Positions 1-53,242 of a DNA stretch of 64,000 nt are shown in pieces. Both the position numbers and the translations under genes were made by a program. The notes under the pieces are model-generated. The model did no database searches and was not told the origin of the DNA. It worked only from the letters and a program-made list of their open reading frames with translations. Numbering within the stretch: the stretch's first letter is position 1; the number at the start of each line of letters is the position of its first letter. The stretch comes from the human T2T-CHM13v2.0 reference genome, Homo sapiens, in assembly GCF_009914755.1 (NCBI RefSeq), contig NC_060941.1; one strand, given 5' to 3'.

Positions 1-522
1 TCATCGTCATCATGAAGAGCTCTGGAGTCCCCCAAAGGCTTCTGTCCCTGCCTGTAAGGCCCCCAAAGGCAGGGCCATCTCCTCTTCCTTCTTCCGCTGT
101 CCCTTCTCACTGCAGATGTGCTATGGTCAGCGGGGCTCTGGCCTGTGCCCTGGGTCCTCCTGTCCTCACAGATAATGCAGGCAGGGACCCTGAGGCCCAC
201 GGGGATGGGGGTTGTGCTTACTCAGGAGCCCTGGCTGAGTGCTGCGAGGGGTAGGAGGTCCAAGATCCTGCCTGTCCCCCAGAAGCCATGGCTCTGCCAG
301 TCTGCTGGGGCTGTGGGTGGTTTCTGGGTGGTCCAGCTGCTGCCCCCACCCCGTGACGTGCAAAGCCCTAAAGTAGTTGGGCTTGGAAGCGGGTGTGGCC
401 TCAAGAAATCCACTTCTCCCAAGAAAACGGGCCTGGAGCCCCGCCTGCTTCCCTCTGTACCCTGGGCCAGAATCTGAAAATGGAGGGGCCCGGTTATAAT
501 CCTGAGGGCAGCTGGGGTGACA

Positions 523-681
523 GTGTGTGTGTGTGCGTGCGCGCGCACGGGTATGTGTGTGCGCGCGTGGGTGTGTATGCATGTGTGCAGGTGTGTGCAC
601 ACACGTGCGTGCGTGTGCAGGTGTGTGTGTGCATGTACAGGTGTGTGCGTGTGTGTGCGAATGTGGTTGTGCACATGTGCA
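523..681. repeat. Imperfect (TG/CG)n alternating purine-pyrimidine tract
   Basis: gtgtgtgtgtgcgtgcgcgcgcacg...; ~160 bp. Confidence 0.95.
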
Positions 682-1137
682 GGTGAACCAGAGTGAGCGG
701 CTGCCCCTCCCAGGCCAGAGGGCTCCCCGCAGCTTTCAGGGCCCCCGCTGCTCTCTGAGTCATGGGCTTTGTGTTCCCCCTGAGGGAAAGGCCTATGTCT
801 ATTGCACTGATCCACGGCCTGGGCCGCAGGTAGGGAAGAGGCCCAAGCTGGCAGATAGGAGGTGTGGTTGCCCATGGGGCAGAATGACCGCAGAGGAGCC
901 CTGCCTTTCCCTGCCCCTCGGGTCCTTGTGAGTGATGGGAACAGGCTGAGGACAGGAGGTCCCCGGGGAGGCAGGAGGGAAGCCTGGGAAACCTGGGCAG
1001 GGTAGAGGTCGCAGCAGAGCAGGAGTGCCGCAGATATGGCCAGGCTGGGCCCTGCAAGGCGGGAAAGAGGCTGGGCTGGTCTGTGGGGACACCAGCCATC
1101 AGACTCGGCCAGTGAGCACCCTCTGTCTTCCCTCCAG

Positions 1138-24844
<23,707 letters not shown>

Positions 24845-26836
24845 GGTGGTGAGTGCAGGCCGGGAGGCACGTGGGGGCTCCCTAAGGAAAGGGGAAGGCC
24901 AGGGTTAGGCAACAGGGAGCACTTTTCCTCCAGAGTCACCTCCTACCCCAGCACATCCCACCAACTCTGGGCTTTGTCTCTGAAGATGTTGCCAGAATTT
25001 ACTGATGGAGCCATGGGTGGGACAGCAGGCTGCTCCTTCCAGTAAATTAGCTCCCCTTTCCTTCCTTTCAAGGGCTGGGTGGGGCCTCGCATAGATCAGG
25101 GCCAGGACTGGCCAGGAACTCCTCACTCTGTCCGGACTTCTGTTCTCCCAAATCCTCCTGCATGTACCAGGGCCTGACTCCTTGGCCCTTCCCTCTGGGA
25201 GTTATAGCTTCCCAGCAGCACGAGACCCAGGGTCACAGCTGCAGGTCCAGGAGAAGGCTTGCGTCTCCAAACAGCAAGAAAAGGGAAGGAGGGAGGGCAG
25301 CCTTGGCACAGGCCCCACTAAGCCCCACTGCTGACCTGACACCCCTTTCCCCAGGTGCCATTGGGACAATGAAGAACCCACACTCCCACCTCGTCTGGGA
25401 GGTGTCCTACAGCGTCCGGGACCGGCTGGGCTGCCCCAAAGCTTTCTGTGTGATCCACGGCTAGGCACCCACCCTCTCTGGCCCAGGCCTGCTGAGTGGC
25501 CCTGGCATCAAGAGGAGGCTGTGTCCTCAGTTACCCTGGAAGGATGTGTGTGTTGGAGCCACACGGTTGGACAGGTTCCCAGCCCTAGGTTTGGGCCGCA
25601 GGGCCCCTGGGGCCAAGGAAGAAGACAGCCCCAAGTGGGTGTCCGGGGAGAGCCTGGCCTGCCACCAGCTTATGTGATCTTGGGCAAGTCCCTGCCCTCC
25701 CTGGAACGAAGGGCCAGGGGGCTGGACTTTCCCACACAACTTGCTGGGCAAAGCACGATCTGCAGCTTTGAAGACTCAACAGACCCTGGACCATACGGAG
25801 AGCAGGTGGCCCAGGCCTCAGGGCGGCAGTCCCGGCTTTGAGGCTCACGCGAGGGCCTGGTATGCAGGGACCACTGCTCAGCTGGGCCTCGGACCTTGGG
25901 GATATTGGACGCAACCTGGCAAATGAAGCTGGGCGCCCAAGTCTCTGGGTACTCCCTGGAGGACACTGTCTCACTGTCTCGGGTTGGCTCCCAGCCTGGA
26001 GGTCCCAGATGGGGACTGTTCTGACAAGCTGGCATCACCAGGGGTGAAGGCCCTGGCTGCAGCTGTACACCACCTGTGCCCCCAGGCTCAAGGTCTCTGG
26101 CAGGTGCACACCAGCCCAACTCTGCAGGGCTTCTCTCCCTGCCACCACCCCCCAAGCCAGGACCCCACTCCTTCCCCGAGGCTGAGCTGAGCCTTTTCCA
26201 GGGGCAGGGCCCAGGAGACCATTCCCAGAATCCATGGGGCAGTAGCCAGGGCTCCGGCTGCTGGAGGAAGCAGCTATCCACAAAGCTTCCTGCCCCAGAG
26301 CTGAGGCTGAGGCCCCGGGAGAGGCGGCCCCTACCCAAACACTGGCTGCTGGCATTCCACCAAGTGACCCCAGGGGCCAGGCCTTCGATCACCCACCTCC
26401 CATCCATGCACACACCAGGATGCAGCTGCCAACTTCACACCAGCCCCAACCCGCTTTGGGGGAGCTTAGCCCCCTGCGTCACCCACTGCCTGCACTTCTG
26501 CTGCAATCAAGGTGGTTCTGGTGCGGGGGTGGGGTGGGGGGTGAGGCCTTGTGGCCAATGGGGGACCCCCCAAGAGCCAGCTTGGACAATGCTCTTCTTG
26601 CCCCTTAGTTACTGGCTGGCTGTGGCTTCAGTGGTGTGTAAGCAGGTGGAATACTCACCCACCAAGCTCTGGGGTACCCCGAGGGCCTGACAAGAGGATG
26701 GGGTGGGGGTGGCATCCTCCAAAGACCAGCCTCCACCCCCACTCCAGCCTCAGCGGGGCCCCAGCGATGTTTTCTTGTTGTACAAGAACCAGGTCCGAGT
26801 GTTGCCTCCTCTTCCTTCCGGAAGCCAAACTGCTCC

Positions 26837-26842
26837 TTTATT
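26837..26842 (-). terminator. MYBBP1A polyadenylation signal AATAAA
   Basis: TTTATT on +, ~470 nt downstream of the MYBBP1A stop. Confidence 0.8.
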
Positions 26843-26873
26843 TTTTAGAGCTGCTGATTGTGAATCTCAGAGT
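26838..26873 (-). CDS. MYBBP1A: MYBBP1A alternative terminal coding exon (TLRFTISSSKK*)
   Basis: Internal donor CAG|gtgagg at 27337/27336 joins in frame to acceptor cttaag|ACT at 26873; matches my recollection of a 1332-aa isoform. Confidence 0.7.
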   Translation of the reverse strand, partial: TLRFTISSSKK

Positions 26874-26914
26874 CTTAAGAGAGAAGCCAAATATATTCCT
26901 CTTGTAAATGAAGA

Positions 26915-26920
26915 AATAAA
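26915..26920 (+). terminator. SPNS2 polyadenylation signal AATAAA
   Basis: First AATAAA seen downstream of the last exon start. Confidence 0.8.
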
Positions 26921-27312
26921 CCTATTTAAATCACCCCCTGGTGGCTCCCTCACAGCAAAAAAGCCTGGGGGCAAAGAGGTGGCAGGCACGAGAGATGGTC
27001 ACACCTGCCTGCAGCCAGCACATCAACCTGCACCAACCCAGGCAAACACCAGAGCCCTGGACATGGCCCTGGAGCCAGGGTCCCAGCCCAGAACCGGGGG
27101 TGGGGAGGTCTCTGCACCCTGGGACCCCTGCAGGAATGGCTCAGGCTGTGCTTGCCAGAGCAGGATGCCCGGGCAGGCGGCAACAGCCACCCTCCCCAGT
27201 GGCAGCGCCTTAGAAACAGCTTGCGTATTAAAATCATGGTTTTAAAAAAAAAAAAAAAAATAGGCGTCTCAGGCAGATGGAGGCAGGGGCTGAGGGGGGC
27301 CCGTACCTGTGC

Positions 27313-43220
<15,908 letters not shown>

Positions 43221-44844
43221 CTCCGCCACACTCACCGAAACACGAAACACGTGTGCTCCGGCCCCAGCCGCTTCCAGGTCAGGGCACGGCGCATGCGCAC
43301 CGGTTTGTGTCGGCTCGGAGGCGGAAGAACCCGGAGGGGCGGGGGAACCAAGAGAGACCGGCCCAGAGTTAAAAGAGCGGCATTTCCGCCGTAGCTCTGA
43401 GCGGAAGTCCCTCGCCTAGCGGCGTCCCATCTTTCCCAGCCTTCTGCTCACACCCGCTCCGCCCTGGCGGCTGTGGCATCTGCCCCTTTGGAGCCCCAGG
43501 GGGGCATTTCTAAGGGCCCATCTCGGAAACAAACCTAGGTGTAGCACTTCGATCCGACTCGTCCCAGAGCGGCCCCTGCGCTCCGAACATTGAGCCATTC
43601 AACAATTACTGGGCTCCTGCTGGCGTGCCGTGCTAGGCGGTTGGAACAAAGCCTCTGCTCTCGTGGAGGAACACGGAGCCAAATGCATTTAAAAAGATCA
43701 TAATTATGAAGAGAATTAGGAATGCAAGGGTCAGGAGGAGGCTTTTAAGTGCTGGAACGTGAATACATCACCCGTTAAAAACACGGCTAATTACTATTCA
43801 ATAGGGTCTCCAATAATGATTTGAGGGGTTGGTCAGGGAAGGCCTCTGTGAGGAAGTGGCATTTGGGATGAGAGCTGAGTGACAAGAAGGGCCCCCCTCC
43901 CCCGTACTCCTGCAAGGATCTAAGGGGACGAAATCCCAAGCCTTGCAACTACAGAGACCCAGGGCTGGAGGGGCTGAGGCTGGCGAGAAGCAAGGCTGCA
44001 TGGGGCCCCGGGCTGGGATTTCATTCTGAGGGTGATGGGAAGTCACTGGTGAGTTTAATGCAGGGGCAAGCCTGGATCCGATTTACATTTTAACAAGATG
44101 ATGCTGGCTGCTGTGTGGGGGATGGACTGTAGGTCTGCGCAGGTGGAAGCACGGGAAGACCATTTAGAGATAGTGGTGGACTGGACCCAGGGAAAATGAG
44201 AACAGGTCAGATTTGGGCTGATGTGGAGCAGGTGGGGTGGGTGATGGAGTTAGATGTCGGGGGAGAGGAAATGAGGGGGATGCCAGGTTTGAGACTGAAA
44301 TAACTGGGTACATTGTGGTGCCATTACGGAGAAGAATTTTCTTGGGAGTGGGAGGTAAAGGTGGTGGGATCAAACGGTCTATTAAATCAGAGAAGCCTTT
44401 TACAATGGCAGGGGAGGGGAACTGCTACTGGTCACCCTCGCTTCTTGGTTTGAGAAGCTGTTTATAGAGGGCTGTGGTCCAGAGAGGACCTAACCCTTGG
44501 GGGAGGTCAGGGCTAACCTTCGCCTTGAATTTCCACACGCTCAACTCCAACCCCTTTGTACCCAAGCCCCTGGGGCGCCTTCTCACCCTCTCAGCCGCTT
44601 CCCTGCTTTGCTGTCTGTTCTAGAAAGTGAAATGAAAACATTCACCTTGCACATCTGGTGCCCCAGGAGGCAGGAGGTGAGCGGAGCAGGGGGAAGCTGA
44701 AAGATACCAACCCAGGCTCTCCCCTCTCTGGTTGTTGGTCACCTGTGCTGCCCATCAGGGAAGCCCTGACTCCAGTTGCTTCAAAAGCTGTTGGAAAATT
44801 AACCAAGAAGCAGGAATGGTGCTTGGTTTCCGGGAGACTTGATC

Positions 44845-44850
44845 TTTATT
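44845..44850 (-). terminator. GGT6 polyadenylation signal AATAAA
   Basis: TTTATT on +, ~1.06 kb past the stop. Confidence 0.7.
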
Positions 44851-45192
44851 TTGTACCCAGTCTGGTTGAGGCAGATAGGTAAGGGGTGTCCTGAAGGGAA
44901 GGACAGAGATGCCAACAGTACCCTGGGCTCTGCCTGTCCTGCTTCGTGGGGCCCAGGGCCTAGGCAGAGGCTCTGCACTCTTTCCACTGTCCTCCTGAAA
45001 GCTGGATCTGAACTCAGTGCTAGCCCCAGGCCCTACTGCTTTTTCGTTATTACCCTGATTTTCTTAGCTGATAAAATAGCTAGAGATTCCATCCGGTGTG
45101 GGTGATCTGAAGAATGATTGTTAGCTCTGGATGCCAGAACTCAAGTCTAGGTAACTTAAAAGGCCAGAGGTTGGGGCCTGAGCCAGCAGTGA

Positions 45193-45820
<628 letters not shown>

Positions 45821-45910
45821 GGGTGCACACTCCATTGCTGCTGTGTCTGCTCTGCTCCTGCCCCCATGCTTCAGATAACTCTGCCTTCTGCCAGACCCAC
45901 CCCCATCCTG

Positions 45911-46953
45911 TTAGAACCCCTGGAAGGGGCAGCAGGCATGGGGGACACTGGAGACATGGGCGTGCTCTGTGTGGGCTGCCACCTGGAGCAGGGTCCCTTG
46001 GCCACAAGTGCTGGGATGCTCTGTTGGTTCTTGCTGACCCTGATGCTGGTGCTGGGCCTGGGTAGGGGGCCTTGCTGCCAGATGCCTGAGTAGGGTGTGA
46101 GTCATGGCCCTGGCCACATCAGGGGTCCCTGAAGCCACAAGCCCCAACACATCAGCCTCTGTGTCATCCAGGCTGCCACGGAGGATGAGGGGGCAGGCCC
46201 AGGCACTAGTGGTAGACTTGGCCACCAGGTTGCTGAGCAGAACCCCAGTGCTTGGGGACAGGTGTGCAGAGCCAAAGGAGCAGTTGAGCGAGGAGGTGAG
46301 AAGGAGCACAGAGCCGCTGCTGTCCACGGCGGCCAGGGCACTGCTCTCGGGGCTCACAGCAGTCTGCAGGAACGGTGGGCAGGGGTCAGGGATGGGCGCC
46401 CCGGAGCGCAGGGCTGCCTCCAACAGTGCCAGCAGTTCTGGGCCAGCTGAGGGACTGGGGGTGGTGAACAGGATGCCCTGGGGCACAGGTAGCTGCTCTG
46501 CTGGTTCCAAAGTGGGCCTGGGCACAGCCGAGGGCACCTCCACCCCCAGGTCTCCCGCCAGTAGACTCAGTAGAGCATCCCCAGCAAGGTCTGAGGTGGG
46601 AGCGAGGGCTGCGCTGCGAAGCACAGCTGCCAGTTGTGGGTTGGTGGCTCGGGCCCCAGCGCCCAGGGGTGTCCCATCAGCATGGCAAAGTAGTGGACAG
46701 AGGCCTTCTGTGCCCCGAGCCACCAGAGCCCTTGCCAGGGGTGTGTCCACCAGGAAGCCCTCCTGAGCCAGCGTGGTGGGGCCCACTAGCAGGCGTGGCC
46801 AGGGCAGGCGGCCGAAGCGTGCATGCAGCAGGTGCAGGGTGGGCAGAGCCGCGGGCAGCCCCAGGCCGGGGGCCAGGGTCTGTGCTGGGCCTGATGTCAG
46901 GGCCGTGGAATTGCCTGAGGAGCTATCGTGGAAGAGGCCCCAAAACATGGCAC
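45911..46953 (-). CDS. GGT6: GGT6 exon 4 CDS
   Basis: ctgcag|GTGCCATG; contains ORF 45911..46948. Confidence 0.95.
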
Positions 46954-48417
46954 CTGCAGGAGACAGAGGGGTCCCTCAGCAGCCGCAGGTCAAGGGTCAC
47001 TGACTTGTTTCAGTCAAGATCCCTTGACTGAGCCTGGGATCAGGAGTTACTGACCAGGCCTGAGGTCAAAGTTCCACAGACCCGGGCTCAAGGGTCATAG
47101 CCTGGGGTTGGACTGCTGCCCAAACCCTAAGTCCTGCTCACTTAGCAGTCTTGAGGTCAGTGCTACTGACTCCCTAAGTTCCAGGTCACTGATCAGGCTG
47201 TGGGTTGGGGTTGCAGTCTGGGGTCAGGGGTCACTGACCTAGCCCCGTGGCATGAGGATGCACCACTGCCAGGCACAATGCAGCTCCAACTCCAGCATCC
47301 ACGACGTTGCCCCCGGCAACAAGCAGCTCTCGGCCTAGGTGGGAGCATGTGGCTGCAGCAAGGAAGGCACTGTCATGCAGCAAGGAGGGGGGCTAGGCTG
47401 GGCTGGTGACCCCTGACCCTCCCCTCCCCAAGCCGCCCCCAGCACTGACTGACCTGCAGGGCTGATGATGGCACCGTGGTGGTATACGCCAGGGCCGTGG
47501 GAGTGTCCGCCGGGTGGAGGGGCCACAGAGCCCAAGCTTCCTGTCGACCTGCCCTGATTCTGGAGCTGCCTCACAGCCAGGGAGCAGCCAACAGCCAGCA
47601 GCAGCAGGGCTGCCACTACACGGACCCAGGTTCCGGGCAGCCCGCCAGCCTTGTTCCTGCAGAGGGGGGGTGTCCTGAGCCACGGCTGGGACAGAGGGAT
47701 GCCCAAGGACCCCAAGAGACCCCAGGGAATATTTCCCAAAAGGTTTGATTTAGCAAGAGGAGCACAAGTCAGCCAAGGAGAAAGGGCTTCTTGGCAGCGG
47801 GTGCATCTTGGGCAGACATGGGGATGGGAAAGCATCTGGGGAAACTGAGCCTAGCTAGGGAGGGAGCCTCTGGAGGGGAGATTGGTGGGGCAGAGTCCAC
47901 TCAGGTGGGAGGGAGGCCCAGTGGGGTGTGGCAGGCAGGAGTGAAGGGGCTGGGGAGCAGGCCCAGCCAGGCGTAGTCAGGCCCCAACCTGCCCAGCAGG
48001 TGCCTCCTGCACCAGGACTTGGGGGCTGGGGACCTTTGACAAAGCAGCAGATGGGACAGAGGCTGGCTTGGTACAAATGTCCCTCCAGATGCACAGACTT
48101 TTGATTGGGTCAGGCCAAGTCTCGGGCTACAGCCTGGGTTTTCCCCCAAATTGACCGTACAGTGCCTGGAGCTAAACCCAGCGGGGAGTCGCCTGGTCCC
48201 CCTGAGGGGCTCCAGAGAGAGGGACTTGCCAACCTCAAGCCTGGGGAGCCTGGTGCCCAGACCCCTCCCTTACTTACCTGGAAGAGTCCTGGTGCCTCCG
48301 GGGGTTTAGAACCAGCGCCTCTGATGTCTCCTCCTCCTCCACTTCCTCCTCCGACTCCAAGCTTGGCTCCCAGGGCAGCAGCTTCTGATAGACCACGGGC
48401 TCTTCTGCCCGCTCCAT
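45911..48417 (-). CDS. GGT6: Gamma-glutamyltransferase 6 (type II membrane GGT-family protein), 4 exons, 499 aa
   Basis: Exons sum to 1500 nt. MERAEEPVVYQKLLPWE; TM segment VVAALLLLAVGCSLAV; GGT motif GRELLVAGGNVVDAGVGAALCLAVVHPHATGLG; ends CCPFQGF*. Confidence 0.96.
47239..47352 (-). CDS. GGT6: GGT6 exon 3 (alternative acceptor at 47334)
   Basis: TCSHLGRELLVAGGNVVDAG...HATGL. Confidence 0.9.
47454..47656 (-). CDS. GGT6: GGT6 exon 2 (TM helix)
   Basis: NKAGGLPG...GAIISPA|gtcagt. Confidence 0.93.
48278..48417 (-). CDS. GGT6: GGT6 exon 1 CDS
   Basis: GCCATGG Kozak; MERAEEP...QDSS|gtaagt. Confidence 0.93.
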
Positions 48418-49327
48418 GGCCCCCCAGTGCTCGCCCCAGCCCTCCTGCCTGCCAGCCTTTCCGGCTGTGTCTCAGAGGCCCTGCCCAAGCCTGGCAGGTG
48501 GGAGGTGGCAGCGACCTTGGGGAAGGGTGGGGGTGGAATCCAGAACAGGTCTGGGCAGGGCACGGGGCCAAGGAGGCTGCATGTGAGCCTGCCCCATTAG
48601 GACACAAGGCCCGAGGAGCTCTCGCGACAGGGTTCCCGGGGTGACTGCCTGTAAGGGGCCACAGCTCAGTGAGGTCGAGAAGGAGTTCAGCCTTAATGCC
48701 ACAACCTTGATACTCAGGGCACCTGCTGGGCTCCTCCCCTTGGGGGATGTAGCCCATGGATCCCACCCACCTGGGACTCTAGGGACTGTGGACTTGAATT
48801 AGAGCTACGGTTTCACGGTGGCTTGGGTCAGAGCTCCCACGTGCTTGAGTCTGCACGTGACTAGGTTCTGGCGTAGGGGTGTCTGGTCTCTGGCCGGGGT
48901 CAAGGCTCAGCCTGTGGCTACTCTGGGTCTGGGTTTCTTTGAGGAGCAACTTGGTTCGTAACTCCCTGTGCGTGTTTTGCGACTCTTGTCCAGAAGGTAG
49001 CGCCACAGCCTGGAAACCAACATTTCTAAATTCATTCTGGGATTCCCATCAAGGACTTGTTGCAAAACAGTGCTGTTTGTAACAGTCCCAAATTGGAAAG
49101 TGCCCAAACATCCATTATCGTTAGAATGAATGATGTAAGTCACAATGGACCACTCTGCAGCAAAGAGAGTGAGTGATCTACAATTATATGCAATAATATA
49201 CACAGGTCTGACAAGCATAAGGACGAGGGAAAGCAGCCAGGCAGGAGACAGCGCACGCTATATGCTTTCATTTACACAAAGTACACAAACAGGCAACAAC
49301 AAAAGAGCAACAACAGTCTGCCCTTAG

Positions 49328-49736
<409 letters not shown>

Positions 49737-51230
49737 GAGATGTTGTTTCTTAATCTGAGTGTTGGTGACACGAGTGCCCTGGGTGTGAAAATGCATTGAG
49801 TTGGGCATTGATGACGTGTACTTTTCTATGTGAATATTGTCTTTCAATAAAAAAGTAAAAATGGAAAAGCTCAGGTATTTTCTACATTAAAACAACAACC
49901 ATAAAAATCATCCTTTGAATCATCCATCATCCCATCTGGCTCTCCAGCTGCTTCCCTTTCTCATGGCCTCTTCACGAGCAAGTACACGGGTTCTTTAAGA
50001 TTGGTGTGCATCACGATCACCTGAGGAGCTTGTTAAGTCAGATCGCTAGGCTCCTCTCCTAGAAAGTCTGGCTTCAGGTGTAGGGTCTAGAATGTGCTAT
50101 CCTAATTGCCACAGTCCTGGAACCACACCTTCAGTCTAAAAAAAAAGTGTACACCTGCTGTGTTCACTTCTTTCTCTCCTGTTTCTTCCCTTAGCTGGTT
50201 TCTGTCTCTAGTTCCCCAGAGAAACCTTTGGTTTCCTTTTTTTTTTTTCTTGGGCCAATAAAAAACCAACCAACCAACCAAATAGAGCAGCCTAGGGTTG
50301 CCACCTTCTAATTTTGCCAATGGTGGGGAGATGGGAATCAAAATGACCATTTTTATGATTTTATGACATTTATGTCATAAAATAATTTGGTTTCACTTTC
50401 TGTTAACACAGGGTAAGAAGGTTAGAATCTCAGAATGAAGGTCCATCCTTCCTTCCTGGGAAAAGGCATCTGAGAGCCTTAGGGCTCTGTGCTGCCCCCA
50501 TCTCCTGCCCCAGCCTCAGCCTGGCCTTCGGGCTCCTAGCATTATTCCTTTTGTCCAGCAGGCAGAATTATTTTCGGCCCCTACCCTGCCCAGCCAACAT
50601 TCCTCTGCTCTTAGAGCTAGGTCCTGACAAGTTCTTTGGACAAGACCTCCACTAGTTAGGTTCTGGGAACATTTCCTAGTTCCCAGAACCTCTCATTCCT
50701 TTCTCATTCCTGCAGCTCTGGACCTATTAGCTAAGCTCCAATTCGATGTAGCTGGGTGCTGGGGATAAACGTGCTCAGGCCAAAGTAGCTCCAGGGGTAG
50801 ATGGAGTCAGTCATTTGAGGGCTCAGAGTAGGGGTGGGGGTTGGCAATGGCTTCTGGAGAACTGGGTCTAGTTCTGTGTCTGCTAGTAACTGAATATATG
50901 ACTGCAGGTGAGATATTTAACCTCTGGGAGTCTTGACTTCACTTCTGTAAAATGAGGATAACAATATTTGTCCTCCTAGGGTTGTTTTGAGGATTACACA
51001 AGAAAATATGTTTAAAGCCTCTAGACCAGTGCTTAGTACAGAGCAGTCCCTCCAAAAGCATGAGTTCCTTTCTCTCTGCTCTGTGAGCCTCAGTCTCCCC
51101 AGTGATTATTATGGATAATCTACATTCGCATGTCCATGCACACACACACACACATACACACGCAAAAGGTGGCTTGAAGTCTGTAGATTCATTAATTTCT
51201 TCATTCATTTCTTCATTCGTCCACTTATCC

Positions 51231-51401
51231 TAATGGTTCTCAACCTTAGATACACATTACAATTACCTGGCAAGCTCTGAAAAATTCTAATACCTATGCA
51301 GACCAGTTAAATAATGAAATCAGGACCTCTAAATTGTAGCTTCATCCATTGTTGAAGCTTCCCAGGTGTTTTCAATGGGCAGGCAAGGTTGAGAACCACT
51401 G
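51231..51401. mobile_element. MER5A-like hAT MITE
   Basis: TIRs tggttctcaacctt / aaggttgagaacca. Confidence 0.8.
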
Positions 51402-51525
51402 CTTTAGCTAGTGATGTCTGCAATTGAAATCACCTGTAGCAACTGGAAAAACCCCAAACACCAATATCCTGGTCCCTCCCTTTCTCATACTCCCACGCCA
51501 ATTGAATCAGCTTCTCTGAAAGTGA

Positions 51526-51841
<316 letters not shown>

Positions 51842-52528
51842 TCTGACTGCTCCTTCTAACCAAGAAGGGACCCCTGAGACGAGGAACAGGGAAGAGTATG
51901 GACCCCACGTGTGTGTTAAGTCTTTCCCCAGGTTGACTTTATAATTGGCCTTCTTGGACATGCTGGGATTTAACTCTAATTATAGAATGGAGACAATGAC
52001 GTATGCGTATGTGGCAGGGTTGGGGGTGGGGATAGAAGGGGCTTTTCTTTGCAAGGTATCTCTCTCTGTGCAATGTGACCAAAATGCCAGAATATTATTG
52101 TTAAAGTACTTTTAAAAAATTATTCCAGGTGATTCCAGTTGTGATACAATGGCATTCAGAAATTCTTAACTCAGAGCCAGCATCCAATAGTCCCTGAAAG
52201 ACATGGGTATTCCCATTTCCTGAGTTTACAGTTACCCTAGTAAATGGCAAATCCTCATTCTTTTTTTTTTTTTTTGAGATGGAGCCTTGCTCTGTTGCCC
52301 AGGCTGGAGTGCAATGGCACGATCTCGGCTCACTGCAACCTCCACCTCCCGGGTTCAAGAGGGAACAAGAGGGAAACTCTGTCTTAAAAAAACAAAAAAG
52401 GTAGTGATTCCTATCATATTTCAGTTTAATTTAGGGGCTTGTACAAGGCAGAAGACAGATGGGCCTTGGAAAATAACAGTAGATATAGTTTAAAAAAAAA
52501 GTCACTCAAATTGTAGCTGCTGTTCTAG

Positions 52529-53242
<714 letters not shown>

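Larger units (their letters stand above)
25355..26935 (+). other. SPNS2: SPNS2 non-coding last exon (3' UTR)
   Basis: Acceptor ctgac...cccctttccccag|GTGCC at 25355; AATAAA at 26915-26920; 3' end approximate. Confidence 0.8.

Noticed and set aside
27227-27260. ATTAAA followed by an A-run on +
   Set aside because: Could mimic a distal SPNS2 3' end, but the genomic A-run makes oligo-dT internal priming the simpler explanation; it cannot be supported from sequence alone.
46104-46766. 220-aa ORF antisense to GGT6
   Set aside because: Antisense shadow of the GC-rich coding exon.
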